A stretch of 64,000 nt of DNA, taken from the NCBI RefSeq assembly GCF_001194135.2, contig NC_068983.1, forward strand, positions 167,809,529 through 167,873,528. Direction: 5' to 3'. Positions 1-11,600 of the stretch are shown piece by piece (positions within the stretch are counted from its first letter, which is position 1; each line of letters starts with the position of its first letter). The position numbers were made by a program, and so were the translations under genes. Origin of the DNA: Octopus bimaculoides. Taxonomy: Eukaryota. Under the pieces are notes generated by a model. It made no database searches, was not told where the DNA came from, and saw only the letters and a program-made list of their open reading frames with translations.

Positions 1-835
1 GCAGGCCATGTCAACATTGCTGTTTATATGAGTGGCCCAGCTTATGTTGTTGTCCACAATTTCTCCCAAGTCCCTGATGTTGTTGGATGCCATGAGAGTT
101 TCACCTGAAGGAAGGGAGTGTGGGAGTTTCAAGGTGTCCTCTTTTCTGAAGTGGATTAACTCAAATTTGTCCTCGTTTAGCAGCATATTATTCTTTTCTG
201 CTCATTGGGTGACTGAAGGCATGCCCGGTCACCCACTTCATTGATGACCTTCTGGATCCTGGAATCATCTGCAAAGATTTTTATGTTGCTGTACTTGATG
301 GTGTCATTGATATAGATGATGAAAAGGAGTGGGCCCGACACAGTGCCTTGTGGAATACCACTGCAGACTTTGACTGGGTTTGATTTTACTCCTTTGACTC
401 CACGTGTTGGGTTCTGCCTGTCAGGAAACACTTGATCCATTGTAGTAACTTTCCAGTGGCACCAATGTTGGATAGTGTTTTTCAAAGGCCTTGCTGAAAT
501 CAAGGTAGATGACATCGGTGTTGGAGCCCTCTCCCAAAGCTCTCAAAATGTCATCAAGGTGATGCAGGAGCTGCGTTAGGCAGTTCCTTCCATTACAGAA
601 CCCATGTTGGTTGGGGTTCAGCAGTCTGTTGCTTTCAAGAAAGTGGGTTATCCGTGATCTCACCACCCTCTCAAATACCTTGATGACATGAGAGGTGAGT
701 GAGGTTGGCCGGTAGTTCACTGTTAGGGACTTGTTTCCCTTTTTGAAAACTGGGACAACAAACTGGAACTGAAAGTTCTCAGGAATGTAACCAGTATCCA
801 GTGAGTTCTTCCTCAGATTAGCAAGAGGAGATGCA
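1..835 (-). mobile_element. decayed CR1/L2-group LINE reverse transcriptase fragment
   Basis: NYRPTSLTS..KVFE, QHGF..GRNCLTQL, VIYLDFSKAF, GIPQGTVSGPLLFIIYIND, FADD; frameshifted and internally deleted. Confidence 0.85.
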
Positions 836-1539
836 TGCAATTGGGATGTAAAAAGCACCATTCGAATGTTGGGCTTCACAGAGGCAATGTGGCCAATGCC
901 ATTGGCATGTAAAAAGCACCTGTTGAGTGTTGGGCCTGATGGAGGCAATAAGCCTGATGCTAGTGTCATGTCACCTGACACCTGTGCTGTGGCATGTAAA
1001 AACCACTCTTTACACGTTGAGCCTCATAGTGGCAATGACAAAAGACTGAGACCTTTGGCATTATGCCGTGCTTGAGAAGAAGACCCATGAAGCCAAGTGA
1101 AATTGTAGTCTTGGCAGATACTGGTGTCATGCAAATGGCACCCATGCCAGTGGTACATAAAAGCACCCATTACACTCTCGGAGTGGTTGGCATTAGGAAG
1201 GGCATCCTGTCGTAGAAACCATGCCAAATCAGACTGGAGTCTGGTGCAGCTCCTCAGCTTGCTAACCCTGGTCAAACCATCCAACCCATACCAGCATTAT
1301 TAAAAGATGATGATGATGATATATAAACACACGCACATACACGCATATGTCCTAGAATATCTGTTTCAGTGCTACAGCATTTGAGTTCTGATCCTGTCAA
1401 CTTGGATATTGTTTCAATCTCTGTCTAAAAATCCCTACAACACCACAAGTCAAATCAACTGACAGAAATATGGCCTTAGACTGAGACAAAAATTTCTTAT
1501 TAATCGCTTGTGAAATTCATGAAATATATTTTTTTTAAG

Positions 1540-1622
1540 GCTGCACCCATCAGGGCATTACTTACCAAGAAGGAGCCCAGTTCAATTTGAATAGCGACCC
1601 CTGTGAACCTTGCACTTGTGAG
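1540..1622 (+). CDS. BMPER: BMPER-like exon, VWC first half (CTHQGITYQEGAQFNLNSDPCEPCTCE)
   Basis: ttttttaag acceptor, gtaagt donor, VWC cysteine pattern. Confidence 0.85.
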
Positions 1623-4600
1623 GTAAGTCTCTGATTTCTCAAATAATCAAAAGGAATCCTTAGCTTCTGTAATGTTTTCTTTGGCCAACATTTATAATAT
1701 GGAACCTCCCTTCTTGTCAAATCCTATGTCACTGTCCACTAGATGGCAGCACTGCAATATTTTATTGCATGCATGTTCTATATACCTACCTCTATTTATT
1801 CATCCATTGTTCCACTCACCCATTCATCAAGTCCCCATGTGGGACTACATAAAGACACCCATATGGTGCCACATAAAGGCACCCAGCACATTCTGTATAG
1901 TGGTTGGCATTAGGAAGGTCATAGAAACTATGCCAAATCAGATTGGAGTCTGGTGCAGTTCCCCAGCTGGCCAGCCCTGGTGATGATGATGATGATGATG
2001 ATATATGGACAAATATAGACAATGTATGGTTGTGTGGTTAAGAAGCCTGTCTCCCAACCATGTGCTTTCAGATTCAGCCCCACAACTCTGCATCCTTTTC
2101 TAATATAATCTTGAGTGAACCAAAGTGTTATGAGTGAATTTTATAAATGGAAACTGAAAGGAGCCATAACTATCATCATCATCATCATCAAACATCTGTG
2201 CTGATCTCTAAATCTGGAGGGAGAAGGTACAGGAAGACTTGGGAGGAAGTGGTTAGAAACGATGATTAGATATTGAGCATCTCAAAGGAGATAGCAAAGG
2301 ATCAAAAGAATTGGGGATTTACTGACCTGTCTACCTAAGTAAAATAAAGACCATAATTGCATGTCCCCTATGTCCATGCTCCCCCTCCCCACCACACACA
2401 CACTCTTTCCCCTAATAAACCTCCCCCACAACCCATCTTCCCAACAATCCCCTTCCCCCACCCATACTCAACACTTGCTGCATCCCCCACCACTCTCCCT
2501 CCAAATGATATCTCCCCATTGAATCTCTTCCTGTTTCATCATCTTGCATGTATGTATGTATGCTTATATCAGCAGTGTAGTGAAGGTTGCTATCAGTAGT
2601 AGTAGTAGTAGTATCATCCTCATCATCATCATCCTCATCATCACCATTATCCATCTGTTTTCCAGGCTGGCGTAGGTTGGATGGTTTTGACAGGAGCTGA
2701 CCAGCTGAAGAGCTGCTCAGGTTCCACATCTGTTTTGGTTTGGTTTCTATGGTTGGATGCCTTTCCTAATGCTCCTTTACAGAGTGTACTGGGTACTTTT
2801 ACACGGCACCAGCATGGGTATGTTTACATGGCACCAGCACCCATAAGCCTGCAAGGAATGCTCAGCTGGAGAGGGTTGCAGGGAACAACCTGTATGCAAA
2901 TACTACAATGCTTTTTATTTAACTTGAGGTGTCTTTTCAAGCACAGCAAAGTACCAGGAATCTCACTCCCTTGTCATCTTTTTTCTGAGTCCCAGCATCT
3001 GTAGATCCTTTCTTATCACTTTGTCTAATGTCTTCCTGGGTCTACCTCTTCCACATGTTCCCTCTACAATTAGAGATTGGCACCTCTTGATGCAACTGTC
3101 TTCATTCATACACATTACATGGCCATACCAACACAGTTTTCTCTCTTGCACGCTACATCTGATGCCTCATATACCTTGTTTTCCTCTCAAGTCACACTGT
3201 TACACATGCACACTGACATTACCCATCCATTGGAGTGTGCTGGCTTCGTTTCTTTCAAGCCTTCGCATGTCCTCAGTAGTCACAACCCATGTCTCACTGC
3301 CATGCAGCAGAGCTGTTCATACACAAGCATGATACAATCTGCCTTTCACTCTGACAGAGAGGTCTTTCATTACCAACAGAGGTAGCAAGCTCTCTGAACT
3401 TCACCTGGCCTATTCTTATTCTAGCAGCTATGCTTTCAGAACAATCTCCCTCACTACTAACTTGGTCTCCTAAGTAACAGAAACTGTCTGCTACTTCTAA
3501 AGACAGCCCCACCCTCAACATTTGAAGGAGTCTATTTTCTGTACATTCCTGGTGTTTAATGTCCCTGCACATCTGCCACACGTAAAGACTACATCTGCCA
3601 CATGTAAAGACTACTTTCTCTGTTAGTCTTCCCGTGATACTGCTGCACCTCTTATGTGTCCATAGCTTGCACTGGGTGTGCACCTTATGGAGTTTCTCCC
3701 GACACTTATTTTACGTATCGAGCAGGGCCATCTCCTTGAAGGCATTTGCAATTTGTCTGTTTTCCTAAATTAACTTTAAGGCCCTTTGATTCCAGTCTGT
3801 GCTTCCATACCTGAAATTTCTACTGTAGTTCTGGTACTGATTCAGCAATAAGAACAAAGTCATCAGCATAGAGAAACTCCCAAGGACAACCAGTCTTAAA
3901 TTACTTAACTATAGCTTGGAGGACCAGGATAAACAAGAGTGGGCTTAGAACCAATCCCTGGTGGCCTCCTACTTGTACACTAAACTCCTTCCTATACTCA
4001 TTAGCGACTGTCACCTTACTAACGGCATCCCTGTACATGGCTGGCACAGCTATCACTAACCACTCATGTATCCCAGCTTCCGAATTGCCCACCAGATAAG
4101 GGAGCAGGGGACCCTGTCAAAGGCTTTCTCCATGTCAAAAAAACCAGATGCATAGGTTTATTTTTGGCCAAGTATTTCTCCTGCAATTGCCTCACCAGGG
4201 AGATAGCATTGGTGGGGCTTCTCTCTGACACAAATCCAAATTGTATCTCATCTATGCTAACTCTCTTCCTAATTAATTGAGCTATGACTCTGCTACTTTC
4301 ATCGTCTGGTCCAGCAATTTGATCCCTCTGTAATTATTTCTGTGTAGGTCATCACCCTTGCATTTGTAGCAGTTGACTATAATGCTGCTACATCATTCAT
4401 TGGGTACGGCTCCTTTGTGGACAACCTGATTAACTATTCAGGGGATTAGGTCATATCCCCCTCTGCCAGATATTTTAAGATTTCAGCAGTGATACCTGAT
4501 GGGCTGGAGGCTTTCTCTGTTGTCATATCCTTCATTGCTTTATCTACTAAGCTACTGTCGATTTGGATAGTTGGCTTCTCTTCTGGGTCCACATTAGGTA

Positions 4601-4980
4601 GGCTCTCCTTCTCCCATGCATTCTCTACATTTAGCAACCTTTGATAGTGGCACTTCCAAGCCTCCTTCTTCACAGAATCACTAACTGCAAGTAAGCCATT
4701 ATCTATGTGAATACATTTCTCTCCTAAATTGTGGTGGAAGCCTTGGTCTCGGGAACACTCATGACTAGAAACTGAGGTTGGGGGTACGCAAAGGCATGCT
4801 CCCCGTTGGAAATCCAGCTCCAAAAAAGCCTTGTGATGGCAGAGGAGAATGGGTACCAGTCAGTCCAAAGGTTGGGGTGGGCTGCACCTGCCTGCCTCGG
4901 TTGCTATGGCATTGAGGTAGACCCAGCCACCCCTGTTAACGGGGACAAAACTTGAAATTAAAACACTTGATGATGATAAT

Positions 4981-5016
<36 letters not shown>

Positions 5017-6011
5017 ACTATATATTTGTGAAAAGGGGGGACCTTGTCTCACAAGCAGTTGTGCAAGCAATGGTGTTGGTAAATGTGGTCGGATTGACCT
5101 GAAAATTTGCACACTTATGTTAAAAGTGGTGGGGAGTTTGCACGGCAACGTTGAGTTTGCTCAATTGAAAGGTGTGGCCTCTAGGGCAAAATTTCTCATC
5201 TTTAAAATGTGGCCCGAGTAGACCTGAATGAAATCAGGTTATAATACTAATATATATATAGGCGCAAGAGTGGCTATGTGATTAGTAGCTTGCTTACCAA
5301 CCACATGGCTCCGGGTTCAGTCCCACTGCGTGGCATCTTGGGCAAATGTCTTCTACTATAGCCTCGGGCCGACCAAAGCCTTGTGAGTGGATTTGGTAGA
5401 CGGAAACTGAAAGAAGCACGTCGTATATATGTATATATATATATATATGTGTGTGTGTGTTTGTGTGTCTGTGTTTGTCCCCCTAGCATTGCTTGACAAA
5501 CGATGCTGGTGTGTTTATGTCCCCCGTCACTTAGCGGTTCGGCAAAAGAGACTGATAGAATAAGTATTAGGCTTACAAAGAATAAATCCCGGGGTCGATT
5601 TGCTCGACTAAAGGCNNNNNNNNNNNNNNNNNNNNNNNNNNNNNNNNNNNNNNNNNNNNNNNNNNNNNNNNNNNNNNNNNNNNNNNNNNNNNNNNNNNNN
5701 NNNNNNNNNNNNNNNNNNNNNNNNNNNNNNNNNNNNNNNNNNNNNNNNNNNNNNNNNNNNNNNNNNNNNNNNNNNNNNNNNNNNNNNNNNNNNNNNNNNN
5801 NNNNNNNNNNNNNNNNNNNNNNNNNNNNNNNNNNNNNNNNNNNNNNNNNNNNNNNNNNNNNNNNNNNNNNNNNNNNNNNNNNNNNNNNNNNNNNNNNNNN
5901 NNNNNNNNNNNNNNNNNNNNNNNNNNNNNNNNNNNNNNNNNNNNNNNNNNNNNNNNNNNNNNNNNNNNNNNNNNNNNNNNNNNNNNNNNNNNNNNNNNNN
6001 NNNNNNNNNNN

Positions 6012-6045
<34 letters not shown>

Positions 6046-7549
6046 TTCTCTTTCTTTTTTCTTTGTGATGTAATCTTGGGACTGAAAATGTTTGCGGCTG
6101 AAGATAGCTTTAAACCATCCTGTCTATGAATTATATGCTCATATAATGATGCAACGACAGTTTGTGTATAAAGCTTGAAACACGTGTACCGCAGAATGCT
6201 TTGTGTTCTGTTTTCATTTTACGTTTTTATATATATATATATCATTTGGTTACAGCTGCAGTTACAGCAGTTTGCAAGTGGTGGAAAGATCAATGATAGA
6301 GAATGAGGGGTTGGAGGGAAGATTAAGTGAGGAAACTGAGTGGTGGTGTGTTTTGCATGTTTCACTGCCATTATTGATGTTGTTCATGCACAAGCATTGT
6401 GCAATCTTCTTTTCACAATGTGTATGTTTTTGCGTGTGTGTGTGTGTGTTTATATATTATTAATTATTATTATATTTCAGAATGGAAAATTGAAATGTGC
6501 TCGTCTATCCTGTCCAGACATGACAATGTGCCCTGAATTTCAGTTAGTCGACCCACAACCAGGGTTTTGCTGTCCAACGTGTTCTGGTTGTAAGTGTTGA
6601 TCCACATCAACTACCTTCTCTTCCCTCATACAATACCTTTATCTTCTTAGAAATTGCTTACCATTGTTGTTAAATGGTAGAAAAGAAATTAAATCTTTAG
6701 ATACTAAATCTTTAGATACTAACCCTAACCCTAAAACTACTCCCACCAGGTCTAATGATACAAACTTCCTGTTTTAAAATAATCTTAATTAAAACCTTTC
6801 ATCAAAATTCCATGTTAATATTCCAAACATTATTTTCATAATGACAGTTATTTTACTAAATTCTTCATTATTAACAAAAGCAGTGTTTTTCAACAAAAAT
6901 GTTAACAAGTTGATGTAATCCATCATATTTTAATATCTTTTTCAGTTTCTACACAGTGTACTGCAGAAAATGTTGGTGAAATAACTCGACCAAAGCCAGA
7001 AGATCCATGTTTCCATTGCGAATGCGAGGTAAAAGATAATTGAACTCACAAATTGTTTTATATTTTATAAATGAATTAAAATATTTGATTAATTTCTTCG
7101 GCATGAAATCATTTCCATTTCAAAAAGTATGTCAAAAGCTATTTTCTATCTTTTCACACTCGTTTTCTCAAGTTTATTCTATTCAAATGTTGACACTTTA
7201 AATCTCTCAGCTTCTTATACAATTCCTATATTTTCCTTGTTTACATTTTGTCTTTTTCACAGTTGCTAAAAGAGTTTGCTTCCCAACCAAATGATTTGGG
7301 ATCCAATCTCACTGCATGGCACCTTGGGCAACTATCTTCTACTATAGTCCCAGGCTGGCCAAAGCCTTGTGAGTGAATTTTGAGATGGAAACTGAGAGAA
7401 GCTTTTAATTATATATAAAAATTAATATAAACAGCCAGGTGCAATATAATACCACTCTGCCATATGCCTGTGGGCATATGGCGTAGTGGTTAAGAGTGCG
7501 GGCTACTAACCCCAAGATTCCGAGTTCGATTCCATGCAGTGACCTGAAA

Positions 7550-7592
<43 letters not shown>

Positions 7593-8544
7593 GCATTGAA
7601 AAATACCTTTACAATGAGAACCCAGGTTCGAAAGTTCTCCAAGACACCTGATGAAAGCTGGAGGGTATATCAGCTGAAATGTTGTGTTAACAACAAACAA
7701 GATGAGGACAAATATCTGTCAAATGTAAATAATGTCCATAATTCCTCATCTCTTAAATCTAGAACTGAATAGACTAGTTTTGCCTATCAGTCGTTGGCTT
7801 GTCAGTAGTGACTACTCAAAGGTTCAATAGTCTGGCTAAATCTGGCTGGCAGTATATATATTTTTACCATAAAAATGTATGGCTGATTTAGCCTATAGTG
7901 GAAGACACCTGCTGAAGGTGTCATTCAATAGAATTGAACATAGAACCAATTGGTTGGGAAACAAACATCTTACCACACAGCCATGCTTGTACTGGAATTG
8001 TAATTTATTTTTGAATTATTATTCTAAACCCTAAGAATATCACATTTACAGACACAGGCATACATTTGTATTCTGTTATTTTCAGGAATCCCTTAGTTGG
8101 GTTTGTTCCAAGGATATCTGTTCAGAGCCAACATGTCCACTTTCTCTTCAAAAGAGAGTCGAAGGAACATGCTGTGCCATATGTCCTGGTCAGTCCTGTT
8201 CTTTTCTTCTGTTTTTAGATCTTACAAATTGATATAAACATGTTTACTATTGATTTCTTTGTTTTATGATTTTTCTTTCTTTCAATATATTGCCAAATAT
8301 CTAGAAATTGTTTTGTGACTAAAACTAACCAAAACACTACCCTTCAGGTGGTTTCCTGCTTGTGTGTGTCACAAAGCAACTGTGATGTATATAACCACCA
8401 ATATATGTAAAACTTGGAAGGAAGAGTTTCTAAGTAGTTTTCATGTGATAAATAGTTATAGTGTAAAAACGTTCATATATATATCCTCAAAGTATCTCTA
8501 AAAATGAAGTTGTTGTTTATGAAAACAATTGAATAAAGTTGGTA

Positions 8545-8609
<65 letters not shown>

Positions 8610-11600
8610 GCAAGAAAACAGATACAAATGTAAAGACATTAGAAAATATCCCAATGAGTAAAAATTATTCTTTGATTGAAATCTTTAATAATAAAGGAAT
8701 CTTGAAAACCAGATTTTGATTAAAATATATTAAAGCTAGAATTTCTAAGATCTTTCTAGACTGTGTTAATTTTTTCTTATTTTTAGTAAATGTCACCAAC
8801 TCCAAACTAATTAGTTAGGTCAGGTGAGGGGACATGCACCATTGCAACACATCCCTGCATCTACCATTTGTCAGTAACTGCTTAGGTTGTCCCAAGCAAC
8901 CTTCCAAGTAGTGTTCTGGATAGTTCCCATCTCCATAAAATACTTCCTTGTCTGCTGTGACCATGAAGCATATGCTAACCAACACAACTGTGTTCTCTTC
9001 TCTAAGGATCCAACTGGATCCTTAAAAAAGAGAACACAATTCACAGGATCCGATTCAGAAAATCAACCAACATGACCAAACCAGTCTGAGGTGCTGCTCC
9101 CTTATCATACAAACAACAGGATGCATCTTAGTTTCTGAGTAAAATCATTGGTTGGATACAGAATTAATAAGCAGCTTTCTTTATTATAGAATGGATCATT
9201 AAAGGTGGCAGAGCACCATCCCTAAAGGTGGTCTGCCAGCTCACCACCTTTAGGGATCATTAAAGGTGGTGGAGCTGGCAGAATTATTAGATTAGCAGCA
9301 TTCATTTCCACTCTTTACCTTCTGAATTGAAATTCTGCTGACGTCAACTTTGCCTTTCATCCTTTCAGGATTGATAAAACAAAGTACCAGTCTAGAACTG
9401 CAGATCATATAATTGACTCATTACTTCCTAAAACATTGTTGGCCTTGGGTTAGAATTCGAAACAAGTATTGTTGTTGTTGTATTGTATGGGTGCAGATGT
9501 TGCTGTGAATTTTGCTTCCCAACTACCAAGACCTTTGGCAATATGCCAAGAAGGCCTGTGAAGCCAAAATTGTAGTTGTGGCTGATGCTGCTGTCATGCA
9601 AGTGGCATGTAAAAAGCACTTTTTGAGCATTGGGCCTCACGGAGGCATGTGAAAAGCCCTTATCAAGTGTTGGGCTTCACGGCGGCAATGACCGAGACCT
9701 TTGGCCAAGCCAGCATGGACAATGAATGCTAAATGATGGTGATGGTGGACTACATGATTCTAAGTTTAGTCCACTGGTATTCTGGACAATGTTTTTTTTA
9801 CTATAATCCTGAGCTGACCAAAATCTTATGAATGAATTTGAGAGACAGAAAATGGAAGAAACCTGGTGTGTGTGTGTGTGTCCGTGTCCTTGCCTTGACA
9901 TTGCATCATTGATTGCATAACAGTGATGCTCATTTACAACAGTGTCTTTTGTTTCCACTCTTTCATAACAACATGTCCAGCCATGGGGAAATATTATTTT
10001 ACCTGGAAACAGGTGAGGGTTGGTAAGAGGAAAGGCATCTGGCCTTAGAAAATCTGCCTCAACAAATTCTGTGTAACCCATGCAAGCATGGAAAGGTGGA
10101 CGTTAAATGATGGTTACTATTTTATTTCTTTTCTGTAACAGCTTGTTACTATGATTTAGAAGACAAATTTTATGAAGATGGTGAAACTTGGAAAGATGTT
10201 GACAATCCCTGTGTCATATGTCAATGCATTGTAAGTATCTTCATTTTTGTATCCTACGGAATGTTTTTGTTTTTAGATTTCTTTTTACAGTTTTGATGGA
10301 TATATGCACCGTCACTCATTCGAATTCAATTTTGTTATCAACAGAAACACTACTTTGATAAATCCCTTGCATGAACAACACATAATTAACATCTTAAAAG
10401 TTTCATGACCACATAATCTCCATTGTTAATCAGATAGATACCAGTAATGTGCTGAGGTTTATTCAAATTCCTTACAAATTTGAGTCTCTTTGGTAAGAAT
10501 GAGTATCTAATGAGTTTGTTTCCATTCTATAGAAATGTTTTTAATCATAATAGATTTGATATGTAATTTACCCATACACTTTTAGGGCATGGTTACTGTC
10601 AAACCTCTGACAGAGATAAAGGATTTTATTATTAAATTAATTATTGATATATTCCTCACTCTAATGATTTTAAGATTCTGCTAACTAATTGTTATAGATA
10701 AACCTTTGATTTGTTACAAATACTTCTTAGTAATTATCAGCCATCTGTGAATCATTTTTGATCGGTAATTGATGGTAGATTAGTGTGATCCTGTTTTCTG
10801 ATGAGAATGAATGAGGTTTCAATAAAACTGAAGCGGTAGTTCTTTGAACTTCTTTCCTGCCAATCCAAACCTCTGTTTCTCTGCTATCACTAACACCAAC
10901 CTTATCCAGTCAATTGCAGTCAATCAAACAAGGATACCATTGCAACTGTTATTCCCTCACTCATTCTGTTCTGACCAGGGCATCCAATAGAAATTTGGCA
11001 AGGGGAACACAGTTTCTTTCAGGCCCATGCATGATGGTACTTCCACTCAAAGTTCAAGAGTCCTAAGCAATTTTTAGGGAGTAGCCCATAGTCCAGCAGA
11101 TGATCATGAAACTTTCCTTGGCTTTCTGCATCCCAGACCAATGTAGCAGTTGACCCCCACCCACTCATAGGCCCTGGCTTTGACAACATAATACCAAGAT
11201 TCTTGAAACATATAATAGTTTTATTCTGACATTGGAAAATCCAAGAACAGAAAATATTTTAATTATTCTGACATTGATGTAAATGTAAATGACTATTTCA
11301 TTCTCTATGCACATCTGTAATTTAAAACCGATCGTTGTTAATTATTCTTTTAAGGAACAAAGAATTCAATGCAATATGCAGGAATGTCCAACAGTAAATT
11401 GCAGTTTTGGAGAAGAGAAGACAAGACTGGATGGCCAATGTTGCGAAACTTGTATTCCAGCAAATACTACAGCTTGTTTTCACAATGGTCAAACAAGACA
11501 AGTAAGATCATTATTAATTTTGTTGCTGTGACATAAATACTAAATTTTAATTAGCGTTATTTGACTTTTTGGTATGAAAATAAGGTTCTCTTTTTAATTA

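Noticed and set aside
5503-6129. Long ORFs across N runs (also 19669-20511, 19752-20342, 19874-20395)
   Set aside because: Artefacts of translating through assembly gaps; only the 19600-20379 frame has real (transposase) content.
6720-6735. Telomeric (TAACCC)n, also near 34707
   Set aside because: Only about two units, embedded at a MITE edge or in unique sequence; not a telomere or meaningful interstitial array.
6957-7028. Alternative acceptor acacag|TGT for the third exon
   Set aside because: It would start in phase 0 while the upstream exon ends in phase 1, causing a frameshift.
7472-7545. Genuine tRNA gene
   Set aside because: A and B boxes are present, but no complete acceptor stem or clean cloverleaf can be drawn, and it runs into (AAT)n and a retroelement-like tail; it is a SINE head.
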